Source: Azolla caroliniana (Eukaryota; Plantae; Polypodiophyta). From it: 64,000 nucleotides of DNA. The notes below the pieces were generated by a model that saw only the letters and a program-made list of their open reading frames with translations, was not told the DNA's origin and did no database searches. Where the stretch lies: positions 8,060,001 to 8,124,000 of the forward strand of contig JBHGNT010000017.1 of NCBI GenBank assembly GCA_043228905.1, given 5' to 3'. The translations under genes and the position numbers were made by a program. This document shows, in pieces, positions 38,294 through 57,940 of the stretch (the stretch's first letter is position 1; every line of letters starts with the position of its first letter).

Positions 38294-39589
38294 AGTATAG
38301 GGGAAAGGGTAGGAAGATGAGGGAGAGTGACAAGTAGGCTAGAGGAAAAAATTGGTTCAAACTGTCAGGAATAGTACTAAAACAGAGATGGAATTAGTAC
38401 TAAGAAGAGTAGTACTATTAGTACTAAGAGGACGGGATTGCGTAAGATTCCCGAGAGAGAGAAAGTGAGAAGAGGAGAGAGAGAGGGAAATAGGATGATG
38501 ACAGCAGCTCTTATATTATATGAAAGATAAGTACAAATCGACTAAGAGGCTTAAGACTGGTGTTGAACCAATTTGGTTCAACATAATGCTTAGTGCCTTC
38601 TTTTATAGTGTTCTCAGGAATAATCCTGAAGCTTCTAGAATGTTCCAGAGAAATCTGGAATATACATTACTTTCTTATAATAAAACATAAATGAAAATAA
38701 TATTCTATGAATTACAATAGATGGTGAGATGGTTAAGAGCTCGACCCATATACCATAAGGTCATGGGTTCGAGTCTTGCCATCTCATGACATGAAGAGCC
38801 TTGCGGAAAAGGAAATAGGGTGTAAGATCAAATTCCTACGGTCCGATGGCGGGAAGGAGTACTTCTCCGACCAGTTCACAAGTTATCTACAGAAGGAGGG
38901 AATTCGACGCGAATTCTCGTGTAGATACACGCCACAACAGAACGACGTGGCTGAGCGGAAGAATCAGACGATTAAAGAAGCGGCCAGGGCAATGCTTGAA
39001 GAGAAGCATATGCCGAAATTTTATTAGGCTGAAGTCGTGAAGACGGTTGTCTACTTGCAGAATCGGACTTCTGCTAATGGAGGAGTGTCACCACATGAAT
39101 TGTATTTCAAGAAGAAGCCGAACTCGGTAGCATTGCTTATGTGCATGTGCCGAAGGAAAAGAGGAGGAAGTTGGATGCCAAAGCCGAAAAGTGCATCTTA
39201 GTCGGCTATCCAAACGAGTAGAAGGGGTATAAATGTTATAACCACCGAACAAAGGAAGTACGCGTAAGTCGAGATGTCATGTTTGACGAATCCGCTTCGT
39301 GGTACCAGCCTTCACCTCCAATACCTCACGACTCCATTCCGATTTTTGAAGACGACGTCAGCGAGGCTGAGATGCCTCCGTCCCAGGGGCTTCACTGTTG
39401 AAACTTGTACGATAGCACGTGAGTTCATCAAAAGGGGTTTAAATGAGCCATTCAAGTACAGAATGTATATATATAAGGGTATTAATAAATATTTGAAATA
39501 TATATTTAGATAAGGGTATTATCAATTATGCTAGAAAAAAAATTACATAAGCCCATGAAATATTAGATATTTTAATGAGATAGTAAACA

Positions 39590-42290
39590 AGTATTATGCA
39601 AACAATACTCAAATTTGGAGTAGCATATATACATATACTATTTCATAGATACATGCATATACATGCATGCATACATATGTACCTACATTCAACATTACAT
39701 ACATTACACCGATTTATACATGCATACTTGACTAAACGTAAATATATGTACAAATATATATTACCATGTGTAAATATTTACATACACATACATAAATACA
39801 TTGCATACTACTACATATATAAATACATGCATACATACATACATATGTATGTATGTATGCATGTATATATATGTATGTATAATGTATGTATAATCAGCCA
39901 TATATATTGACATATATATATATACTACACATTCTTACAAACATATTTTATATAGCACATATTACACACATATATCATTATACACACAATTATATGCAAA
40001 CTCCATATATGTACATATACATACCAAACACAAAAAATATACGTAAATAAATAAATTACATATTATATATACATACACATACATATTAATACATAAGATT
40101 ACATATTATATGTCTTACAAATTTTCACACATACAAACAAGTTACATATATTATATACGTATATATAATATATATACACAACACACATAAATAAATTAGA
40201 TATTAGATATCATATAGTCCATACATATTACACAATAAACAAATTTACATACACATACATACATACATTACATATATACATACATAGATATATTACATAT
40301 AGACATACATATCCACATATCACCATATATATAGATTATACGAAACCATGCAAACTACATTACTTACATATATATATACACACACATTAGATATATGTAT
40401 ACTTACACATACATCAGATATATACATGCATATTACATACATACATCCATATACGAGCCTCGAAAATATACATACATAAATACATTACATATATACATAT
40501 ACATACATTCATACATGTACATACATATCACCATATACACATATATATATGCATACATACGTTAAATATATACATACATTTTACAAACACACATCCATGC
40601 ACATTGACATATATGCATATATGCACACACATTTAGACATTACATATGTGCATAGATATTCCATATATATACATGCAATATACATACACACACGTTGGAT
40701 ATATGTATACTTACACATACATTGGACATATACATATATATTATGTGTATATTGCAAACGTACATCCTTATATGAGTCATACACATACTAAACACGAAAA
40801 TACCCCGAAATTATACATACATAAATACATTACATATTACATACATATATACATATACGTACATTCGTACATGTACATGTACATACACATATTCATTTAT
40901 ACATTTCTACATGTATATACATACATATGCCTACAATGCTACACATAAAATTTACAAACATACGTATATCCATACGCATATATACATACATTATATACAT
41001 GCATACACATACATACATTGCATATGTATACGACATACACATACATACATACATTATATACATGCATACACATACATACATTGCATATGTATGCGACATA
41101 CACATACATACACACATACATTACATATGTACATAGATATCATCACATACACACACATACACACACATACACACACATACATTAGATATATACATAGATA
41201 TAGTGCACATATTACAATCACACATCCATACAAATTGAATCGTGTACATTGACATATGTATATATGCATACACATACATTACATATGCATATGTACATTC
41301 GTACATGGACATATATGTATTCATACATACATACATACACGTTCCACATATTAGATATATACACATATGTACATTCGTACATGGACATATATGTATTCAT
41401 ACATACATACATACACGTTCCACATATTAGATATATACACATATGTACATATAAATATTCATACATACGCTAAATAGTACATATATACATACATTAATTA
41501 TTTACATAGATATTATGCACATATTGCAATCACACATCCATTCACATTGAATCATGTACATTGATATATGCATATATGCATACACATACATACATACATA
41601 CATACATACATACATAAATACCATTATGCATATATGCATGCACATATGTACATTAACACATGGACATACATATATTCATTTATACATTGCTACATATACA
41701 TACACATACATACATTAGATATTTACATATATATTATGCATAGTTACAATCACACATCCATACACATTGAATCATGTACATTGACATATGCATATACGCA
41801 TACATACACACCGACGAACATACATACATACATTACATATGCATACACACATGTACATTCATATATGGACATACATATATTCATTCATATATTGTTGCAC
41901 GTATAAATTCTACTAACATACATCATTCCCTGAAAATATGCATAGACAAATACATGTGCATACATATATATACATATGTACATTGTTACACGTATATACA
42001 TACACATGCCTTCCATGATACATGTATAAATGTTACAAACTTACATCCATACATCCATCCATTTGTACATACATACATACATACAAGCACAAAACACATA
42101 CCTTACATACCCACATGTCATACACAATACATACAACACAATATGTACATAGATACAATATATACAATACAATACAATATGTACATACACACACACACAC
42201 ACAAGACATACACATAGACACATCTACGCATGCACATATATACAACACACACACACACACACACACACACAACACATACATATAATACAT
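39590..42290. repeat. Degenerate (CATA/CA/TA)n low-complexity tract
   Basis: About 2.7 kb of ACAT/ATAC/AC units with local 60-70 bp duplications. Confidence 0.9.
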
Positions 42291-42396
42291 ATAATCAACG
42301 CTAATTGTTTGAAAAAACGGGGGAAGATTACAAATTTACAAATGTACATGTGTGTTATGTTTTGGCAAAAAGTTAGGGGGAAAAGGAAGGAAGGGG

Positions 42397-42442
<46 letters not shown>

Positions 42443-42484
42443 AGAAGAAGAAGAAGAAGACATGACTGATTGAGACGAAGCAGC

Positions 42485-47911
<5,427 letters not shown>

Positions 47912-48771
47912 AAGTTTCTTCTAGGGTTTTTGTTGAGCCTCTTTTAGGGTTCTCTCTCCCATTATGGAGCAAGAGGCACAATCGGAGCCCGAGGATGAAG
48001 GAGGGATTTGGTATGACCAAGTTTTTAACAATGTTCATATGTGTGCATGTGTATTTGCATATGCATGGCTGTGTTTGTATATGTGTGTTTGTATGCATGT
48101 ATGAACACATGCACACATGCATTTGCAACATTCCAAAAAGCTAAAATATTATTATTATTATTATTAAAGCTTTAAAATTTACAAAAGATTTAGCTTGTTT
48201 TTCACGTATTCTATGCATTTTACCTATAGATACATAAGTACTTAAAAAAAGGAGTAGAATACTTAACACAAGTTTTTATGCATATTGTATGCTAAGTATT
48301 CTACAACAATCAGTATAACTTTTGGTTGATCTCCTCACAACTAACTGAAGGTTGTAATCTGTTCAGTAGGAACACTCTAGTTTGATGGGAAGAGGCTCTC
48401 TTGGTGTGATATAGGTCACCCGTGTGGTGAAATTATAAGGAAGAAAGAAAGATGAAATAACATATTTTAAAGAGCGGAATGATGTAAGAGATCTAAAAGG
48501 TATCATATTTGAAAAATGTTTGTCTCATCCATGAGTTAAAACCTCCTAGGGAACCAAATTGATGAAAATCAATGATAAATTATTCTTTAGGAATATGCAC
48601 AATTCTAAGACAAATTCAAGAGAAGTGCATACCAATCTTGTCTTTAACCTGGTCCATTTCTCTTTTGGCCAAGTATGTTGATTGCCTGTAAATTTAGATG
48701 TTGCTTTAATTTTACTTTTTAGTTTCAAATCTCTTAGCTAGATGAATTAATTGTTCTATTTCTTTTGTTCA

Positions 48772-49778
48772 GGTTCTCCAATGAATTGTATGCCACAACG
48801 GGATCCTAAGTTGTTGCTTTCTCATGTTCTTAAGTTTTGTACTAATGTTGGTATGTCAATTTCCATGTTTCAATGGTATCTCAATTTACAGCTGGTTTGG
48901 TCTATTCAATGTTGCACTAAATCTTTTATCATTAGGAGTTCCATTTCATCATGCATTATTTGCACTTGGCCGTTCATCGTATAGTAATTTGACTATTGAC
49001 TTGAACTCTCCCAAAAGAAACGATAAAGAGGACTTGTCATCACAACTTGCAATACAAAAAAGTGTGGGAAAATCTTATCCAAGCACCAAGAGAAGGTAGA
49101 TTTGGAGTAAGAAATGCAAATGTATTGTATATGAACACATTTGTTTAAGAAGTGTCACCTCTGCTATATCAACAGGAAATCCTGCTATAACTCAGCAGAC
49201 ATTACGTCCTAAAGACATCCTTTCTAGGCATGAGGCATTGAAGAAAGCAAATGATCTCTTTGGTGGACTATCAAGTAGTGTGTTGCCTTCATTGCCAATT
49301 GTCCTCAACCTTCTCCGTCAATATGCTCCAGAACATCTGGGACTTCAGCTATAGGTTTTCTCTAATTTCCTTTAGTGTAGTTGGCTTAGTGTTCAATTTA
49401 TTATCTGAGAAATTGTTTTACCTAGAATTTGACTTATTTTTCATGAAATTTAGGTGGAAGATGTAATTTGGAAATGCCATCAATGGTATATATAAGAAAT
49501 TTTATGATACCAACCAATGGATTAGTCTAGAAGAACTAGGAGCATAGATGAATAGGTGTCTGAAGTGGACACCCTTCATTATGAGATTAATAGCTGAAAT
49601 CCTCAAAGTAGAGGAGTATATCATCAATGGCTGAAGTGTTGGCAGGATATATATGGAAATTGGCGATGCATGTAGAATTATGGATCATAGAGAAAACAAA
49701 ACTAGGAACTTGGCGAATTGGTCTCACCATGAGTATATATTGAGTATGAGGAAATCTATTGTCAATTATATACTTCAG
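48772..49778 (+). pseudogene. Possible degenerate multi-exon coding remnant of unknown identity inside the TIR element
   Basis: Three long, nearly open frames with AG/GT-like borders; no recognised domain. Confidence 0.3.
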
Positions 49779-51603
49779 GTTTCTGCATTACCTATCCTAA
49801 TTTAATTATCTTAAAAGCACTTGTATTATACAATAAATTGTTAAGGCAATGTCAAGACTTGATTCTAAAAGAGTAATTTCCTACCCACAATGGGATAAGT
49901 TAGAGCAAGATAGACTTGGACTTACAAATATAGAAGAGGTCCTTCAAGCAATGACACCATATTTTGCAAGATCCCACATGATCTAGATTTTAATACCAAA
50001 GTAGTGAGTTGTTGTCTTGAGTGCACATGAGGCAATGTCAAGATCATTGAACATATTACATCCATTAACTTTAGAGGTTGCATACGCATAATAAATGGAT
50101 ACATACACACTTGCCATAGATATAAGATATATAACACATACAATACAATACATACGTAAATAAACATGGAATACAATATAATACATACATGCAATACAAT
50201 ATATACATATGAACATATGCAATACAACACTATGTACATATACACACATGTATAAAACTTGAATGTGTCTTTTATGTAAGGGCATTTAAAATGAGTTGTT
50301 GTCAAAATATATATTGACACTGAGGGGTATTTTTATTAACCAATTTTTTATAAAAGGGTATCTAAAATAATAAAAAACATACGTATAAGGGGTTTATAAA
50401 AGATGTCGTGAATGCACGTGATATATCCTCTTTATATATAGTGAAGCCCCCGGGGCCTCCGTATGATGAGGACATCGGAGCTCTGAGAGATAGTCCGATC
50501 TCATTTCGACTGAGTGGGCCTAATGATGAGTTGGGCCGAGATGGCCAACTAGATGATAAGACGACGAGCAGTGGAGACTCGGTCGTGACGTCCCCACGTA
50601 AAACACCGAGGAGACGGTTTACGCGTAAAGAGAAGGGCAAGAAGAAAATACCAGAATACGACTTAGGTAGTGCCGAGTCAGATCGGAACGAGTCTAACTA
50701 CGGGCAAACTGGAAAGGAACCTCCATGCAAAAGGTCGACAGTAGTTGAAAAGGTCGCGAAATCGGGTAATCACGAATTACGCCGATCTAACCGCCTGAAG
50801 AACCCCGTAAAGAGATATGGGTATAATGAATACATGGCGCACCATTATGCATATATGACACGAGTAGCGGAAGTGTGTGAGCCGGTGAGCTACATAGAAG
50901 CGGCGAGAGACGCAAATTGGCATGCCGCAATGGAGGAATAGATACGCGCCTTAACACAAAACGAGACATGGGACTTGGTTGACACACCGAAGGGTGTGAA
51001 GCCGATCGGATGTCGGTGGGTGTATAAAGTGAAATACAATACCGACAGCTCCGTCAATCGATACAAGGCCCGCTTGGTAGCGAAAGGCTACAGGCAAAAG
51101 CATGGCGTGGACTATGACGAGACCTTTGCGCCTGTCGCGAAAATGACTACCATGCGAGTCCTGTTAGCCGTAGCATCCGCAAAGGGGTGGCACTCAGATG
51201 GATGTAAAGAATGCGTTCCTACAAGGTGATCTTGAGGAATAGGTGTATATGGTATAGCCCCCCGGATTTCTATCTGAATAAAATACTTCGGCAGTTTGCC
51301 GATTGAAGAAGTCACTCTACGGACTTAAGCAAGCCCCGCGAGCTTGGAACGCGAAAATTACGCAACAACTGCGTAAGATGGGGTTTGCGCCATTGAAATC
51401 AGACTCTTCTCTGTTTTTTTGGCAAGGTCAATATGGACCGGTTAGTCTTCTATTGTATGTTGATGATTTAGTCATCGCCGGTGCCGATCTCGAAGAAATC
51501 CGCCGCGTAAAGTTTCTGTTGGGAGACAGGTCCCTCTGGATGGGAAGGGAGAAGAATAGTGCCGATGAACAAACTCGGCCAAGGCCGATAGGCCGAGGCC
51601 GAA

Positions 51604-51819
51604 ACCGGATGACGAGTACCCAGCTACGGAGAGCCGGATGGTATAGACCCGGTGAAGACTGGATGAGGAGTACCCGGCTACGGAGAGCCGGATGGTACAG
51701 ACCCGATGAAGACCGGATGAGGAGTACTCGGCTACGGAGAGCCGGATTGTACAGACCCGGTGAAGACCGGATGAGGAGTACCCGGCTACGGAGAGCCAGA
51801 TGGTGCAGACCCGGTGTGA
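51604..51819 (+). repeat. Four 54-bp tandem repeats in U3 of the F 5' LTR
   Basis: Unit ACCGGATGA.GAGTACCCGGCTACGGAGAGCCGGATGGTACAGACCCGGTGAAG; one copy in the 3' LTR. Confidence 0.9.
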
Positions 51820-52277
51820 ACCGGATGAAGAGACATATTCATAAATATGTTTCTGAGAGTCCATCATGGCCATATTTGTAAATAGCCGAAAAGTCATATT
51901 AGTATAAATATGACTTAGGGCAAACTTTTAGTAGTTGTTGTCGTTATTCTTGTCTGTGCGAGATCAGAGCGTGTAACTGTGTACAGAGAGAGTGAGAGAG
52001 AGGAAGAGGTCGTTGCCTCAGTTGTAACCGCCGCCTGTGGCGAAGATCGTGAGTACGAGGTCGTTTCCTCCGTGAACTCACTGTGATAGTTTGCAGCCTG
52101 TGGGCTGCCGTGGTTTTTCCCTTAGTTTGTGTTTTCCACGTAAACATCCTGTGTACTCTTCTCTTTTCTATGTCGAGCATCTATTTCCCGTTTTCTGTGT
52201 ATGATTCTAAGCTCGGTTGTGGCCAAGCGTTGCGTATAGGGAGCATGAAGCTCATGTCAAGTGGTATCAGAGCGAAA

Positions 52278-55200
52278 TGACACAGAAAATGGACGATTCG
52301 TTGGGAGGCATGTTCAAACTCACCGACTCCAACTATTCGGTGTGGACGTCGAAGATGAGGGACATGCTCGTGGTTAAAGACCTGTGGCTGCCGGTTCAGT
52401 TCGGTGACAAGAAACCGGACAAAATCGACGCCGCGATATGGGAGGTGATGCACATGAAGACAACGGCGTACATACGGTGCTTCATCGACATGAGCCTGTA
52501 CAACAACTTCAATGAAGAGAGCAAGGCTCATGAGCTCTGGGAGAAGATCAACATTATGTTTCAAAACAAAAATGTTGTTGATCAGGTTTCGGTATTCCGG
52601 AAGCTAGTAAGACTCCGGTACCAAGATGGCTCCAGCATGGCGGAGCACATGAATGCCTTCCAGGGGCTGATCCACCAGGCAACATCATTGGAAGTACCTC
52701 TCACCGACGAGGTACTAGCACTACTCTTGCTCGATTCCCTCCCGAATAGCTGGGAGACGTTGGTTGTCACTTTGGGCAACGCCGGGCCGGAAGGAAAGCG
52801 GTTATCCCTAGCAAGAGTAAAGTGGAGCTTGCTAGATGAGGAGGTGCATCGGAAAGATAAAGATACAAGCTCCAACTCCAAAGCGCTCCTTACCGAATCG
52901 GAACGCGGAAGACATAGAAACCGTAGTCCCCAGAACCGGGAGAAGTCGGGGACACGGTCAAAGTCAAGGGGGAGGCCTACTTGCTTCTATTGCGGCAAGC
53001 CCGGACACTTCCAAAAGAAATGTCGGCATTTCTGAAAAGATAAGGAGACCGACGGTACCGATTCGAAGCGGACCCCGGACTGGAACGGCAAAGACCGGAG
53101 GGGGCCGGACCGGAAGGGAACGACGGCAATCGCGGCAAGTGAAGAAGAGTTGATGCTCATCACCGAGGAGAGTGAGATAAACCTTGCCGGCGACGAGAAG
53201 ACCTGGGTGGTAGACTCCGGAGTGTCGTTCCACCTTACCCCGGACCGGAAATGCTTCTCATCCTACACAGCCGGTGATCACGGCTGTGTCCGGATGGGGA
53301 ATGAAGGTACATGCCGAATTGTCGGCATAGGAGACGTGTGGTTGTCAACACCAACCGGATGCAAGTTGTTGCTGAAGGATGTTCGACACATTCCGGAGGT
53401 TTGACTGAACCTGATATCAACCGGTCGGCTAGATGATGAAGGCTACACGGGTAGCATCCGGAACGGTGTCATGAAGTTCAGCAAAGGGAGCCTGATTGTG
53501 GCTCGGGCCCGGAAGGTAAACACGTTGTACCTCATGAATGCCCGGTTATGTTCGGAGGACGTGAACGTGGCATCCGACACAACCGGTGAGCTGTGGCACA
53601 AAAGGTTGTGTCACATGAGCGAGAAGGGGATGAAGAGGCTTGCAGACGACAACCTCATTCCAATGAAGAACGTGCACTTGGAGAAGTGCACTGATTGTCT
53701 GGCCGGTAAGCAAAACCAGACCTCCTTCCGATCAAGGCCACCGATGAGACGTAATGCGCCACTGGAGTTGGTGCATATAGATGTATGTCAAGTGGACACG
53801 AAGTCACATGCAGGATCGCAGTACTTCGTGATGTTCATAGATGACCACAGCTAGAAGCTGTGGGCCACACCGTTGAAGACGAAGGATCAGGTGCTATCCG
53901 TCTTCAAAGAGCTCCACGCGAGAGTGGAAATAGAAACCGGCCGGAAGCTGAAGGCGGTTCGAGCAGATAACGGAGGAGAATACCAGGCGCAGTTCGAGGA
54001 GTACTGCCGCTCGAAGGGAATCCGGCTCGAATTTACCGTGCCGAAGACGCCGGAACTAAACGGACTGGCCGAGAGGATGAACCAGATCATAATGGAGAGG
54101 GTCCGGAGTATGCTAGCGCATGCAAAACTACCCAAGAAGTTTTGGGCTGAGGCATTGTTGACGGCGACATATGTGATAAATAGATCACCCTCAGTACCCT
54201 TGGACGGAGACACGCCACAGAGAGTATGGAACGGTAAGGAAGTATCCTACCGGCATCTGAAGGTGTTCGGGTGGCTCGCGTACGTGCATGTAGCTAAGGA
54301 CCGGAGAGGAAAGTTAGATCCAAAGACCCGGCCATGCATATTCCTCGGTTATGGTGACAATGAGTTCGGATACCGAGTGTGGGACCTGGTCGACAAGAAG
54401 GTATTCCGGAGCCGACATATTATCTTCATGGAGGACAAGACGCTTGCCGACTGGGAGTCGGAGAAGAAGATAATGAACTCCGAGTCGACCGGTAAGGATA
54501 GACTCTACAATGAACAGACCCAACCGACAAGAGACCGGTTAGCACTCGAGGAACCAGCCGGTTACGGTGAGGATATCGAACCGGCAGAAGAAGAAGTAGA
54601 GGAAGCTGAAATCGGAACCGGCCAAGACCCCGAATCAGATTCGGATGAAGAGCAAATAGAGGAGCCGGATACCGAAGCCCAGAGACGGAGATATCCTCTA
54701 AGAGAGAGAAGGGCCCCCCGGAGATTTACGGATGCAGAGCATGTGCTGTTAACCGATGAGGGGGAGCCAGAAAGCTTCGAAGAAGCAAAGGATGACACCC
54801 ACAGCCGAAAATGGTTAAGTGCCATGCAGGACGAGATGGATTCCCTGCATGAGAACCATACGTACGAATTGGTGGAGTTGCCGAAAGGAAAGCGGGCACT
54901 CCGAAATAAGTGTGTCTACAAGTTGAAACCGAGAGATGCTGGCAACCCCCCGAGATACAAAGCCAGGATCGTGGTGAAGGGGTTCCAGCAGAAGAAGGGC
55001 GTGGACTTTGACGAGATATTTGCCCCGGTAGTAAAGATGACCTCCATCCGGACGGTGCTGAGTATAGCGGCAAACATGGACCTCGAGGTAGAGCAGCTAG
55101 ACGTGAACACGTCATTCCTTCATGGCGACCTCGAAGAGGAGATCTACATGCAGCAACCGGAAGGATTCGTGGAGAAAGGGAAGGAGCACCTGGTTTGCCG

Positions 55201-56334
55201 GTTGAAGAAGAGCCTCTACGGGTTGAAGCAGGCCCCCCGGCAATGGTACCGGAAGTTCGATTCCTTCATGGCTGATCAAGGGTACCACAAGATGCAGGCC
55301 GATCACTGCGTGTTTGTGAAGAAGTTCGAAGGAGGCGACTTCCTGATACTCCTTCTGTATGTGGATGACATGTTGATCGTCGGACGGGACCAAGTCAAAA
55401 TACGGATGCTGAAGAAGGCTCTCAACCGGACCTTCTCAATGAAAGACTTGGGTCCGGCAAGACAAATGTTGGGGATGCATATTATCCGGAACCGATCAAT
55501 GAAGCAACTATGGTTGTCACAGGAGAAGTACGTGACAGAGGTGCTTCACCGGTTCAACATGTCAGATGCGAAATCGGTCGGATCAACACTTCCGACAAAC
55601 TGCAGGTTATCCGGTAAGCAAAGCCCGAAGACGAAAGCAGAGAAGGTGGATATGATGAAGATCCCATATGCCTCTGCCGTCGGGAGCTTGATGTACACAA
55701 TGGTGTGTACCCGACCGGATATAGGATACGCAGTCGGAGTGGTGAGCCGGTTTATGAGCAATCCCGGCAAGGAACACTGGAACGCGGTCAAATGGATACT
55801 CCGTTATTTGAAGGGTACTTCAAATATGTGTCTCCGATTCGGCTCCGGAAAACCTCAACTTGACGGTTTCACCGATTCGGACATGTCAGCTGATGTGGAT
55901 ACCAGCCGGTCTACATCCGGGTATGTAATGACTATGCAGGGGGGGCTGTTTCGTGGTAGTCGAGGTTGCAGAAGACGGTTGCATTGTCAACCACGGAGGC
56001 AGAGTACATGGCGGCTGTGGAAGCCGGCAAGGAAATATTATGGATGAAGGACTTCATCGGAGAGCTCGGTATCCGGCAAGATGAATACCGGCTCTATTGC
56101 GACAGTCAAAGTTCCATCCACCTTGCTAAGAATGTGGCCTACCATTCCCGAACAAAGCATATCCAGCGAAGGTATCACTAGATCCGGGAGAGAGTAGATG
56201 ACCAGGAGTTCGCGCTGACGAAGATCCACACGGCCCAGAACGGGTCAGATATGCTGACCAAAGTGTTGATACCCGACAAGCTGGATGCATGCCGGAAGAG
56301 GATCGAACCGGTAAGACACCCCATGCCGGAGTGA
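52278..56334 (+). pseudogene. gag-pol: gag-pol of F with premature stops and a frameshift
   Basis: CFYCGKPGHFQKKC, WVVDSG, DNGGEY, LYVDDML, YCDSQS; stops at 53035, 53404, 53854, 56181; frameshift near 55935. Confidence 0.92.
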
Positions 56335-57354
56335 AGGGGGAGTTTGTTGGGAGACAGGTTCCTCCAAATGGGAAGGGAGAAGAACAGTGCCGATGAACAA
56401 ACTCGGCCAAGGCCGAAACCGGATGACGAGTACCCGGCTACGGAGAGTCGGATGGTACAGACCCGGTGAGAACCGGATGAAGAGACATATTCGTAAATAT
56501 GTTTCTGAGAGTCCATCATGGCCATATTTGTAAATAGCCGAAAAGTCATATTAGTATAAATATGACTTAGGGCAAACTTTTAGTAGTTGTTGTCGTTATT
56601 CTTGTCTGTGCGAGATCAGAGCGTGTAACTGTGTACAGAGAGAGTGAGAGAGAGGAAGAGGTTGTTGCCTCAGTTGTAACCGCCGCCTGTGGCGAAGATC
56701 GTGAGCACGAGGTCGTTGCCTCCGTGAACTCACTGTTGTACATTCTAACATAGTGATAGTTTGCAACCTGTGGGCTGCCATGGTTTTTCCTTTAGTTTGG
56801 GTTTTCCACGTAAACATCTTGTGTACTCTTCTCTTTTCTGTGTCGAGCATCTATTTCCCGTTTTCTGTGTATGATTCTATGTTCGGTTGTGGCTGAGCGT
56901 TGCGTATAGGGAGCGTGAAGCTCATGTCAGTTTCAACTTGCGACATCGTTTGAAATGAAAGATCTCGGAGACCTTCATTACTTCCTCGGGATCAAAGTGA
57001 TCCGTACCTCCGAAGGCATATTGATCAGCCAACGTCATTACGCGCTGAATATGCTCTTCAAGTTCGGGATGGCAAACTGTAAGCCATCTCAATCCCTCTG
57101 GATAGAAACGCAAAGCTTTGCCGAGATTCGGGAAAGGCATGCGACCTGACACGGTTCCGACAGATTGTCGGAAGCCTTATCTATCTGACGATTACTCGGC
57201 TGGATCTTAGTTATCCAGTCGGCCTAATCAATCAATTCATGTCGCAGCCTACGGCCGAACACTTTCAGTGCGCGCAATGGATATTGTGATATGTCAGCGG
57301 CACAAAAGACATGGCATTGCTATATTGCGCAAGCATAGCCGAACAGTTAGTCTA

Positions 57355-57940
57355 CGAAGATTACGCAACAGCTGCGTAAGATGGGGTTTGTGCCGTTGAA
57401 ATCAGACTCTTCTCTGTTTTTTCAGTAAGATCAATATGGATTGGTTAGTCTTCTATTGTATGTTGATGATTTAGTCATCGCCAGTGCTGATCTCGAAGAA
57501 ATCCACCGCGTAAAGTTTCAACTTGCGGCATCGTTTGAAATGAAGGATCTCGGAGACCTTCATTACTTCCTCGGGATCAAAGTGATCCGTACCCCCGAAG
57601 GCATATTGATCAGCCAACGTCATTACGCGCTAAATATGCTCTTCAAGTTCGGGATGGCAAACTGTAAGCCATCTCGATCCCTCTGGATAGAAACGCAAAG
57701 CTTCGCCGAGATACGGGAAAGGCATGCAACCCGACACGGTTCCGACAAATTGTCGCAAGCCTTATCTATCTGACGATTACTCGGCCAGATCTTAGTTATC
57801 CAGTCGTCCTAATCAATCAATTCATGTCACAGCCTTCGGCCGAACACTTTCAGTGCGCACAACGGATATTGCAATATGTCAGCGGCACGAAAGACATGGC
57901 ATTGCTATATTGCGCAGGCGTAGCCGAACAGTTAGTCGGC
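57355..57940 (+). repeat. Tandem duplication (about 585 bp) of the C5 RT region
   Basis: Repeats 51352-51516 joined to 56935-57352, without F. Confidence 0.88.

Larger units (their letters stand above)
33125..38791 (-). mobile_element. Tcn1-like chromovirus E1, very recent
   Basis: 429-bp LTRs 33125-33553 and 38363-38791 with no differences seen; TSD TGAAG (33120-33124, 38792-38796); PPT AAGGGGGAAATAG. Confidence 0.97.
51517..56929 (+). mobile_element. Tnt1-like copia F, complete, mildly degenerate
   Basis: LTRs 51517-52259 and 56345-56929; TSD GTTTC (51512-51516, 56930-56934); PBS at 52262; PPT GAAGGGGGAG. Confidence 0.96.

Noticed and set aside
49450-49778. Ulp1/SUMO protease remnant suggesting Zisupton or MULE
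   Set aside because: No catalytic HW or QxNxxDCG motif could be read
51303-51881. 192-aa ORF with 18-aa repeats
   Set aside because: Chimera of C5 RT reading into the F LTR repeats
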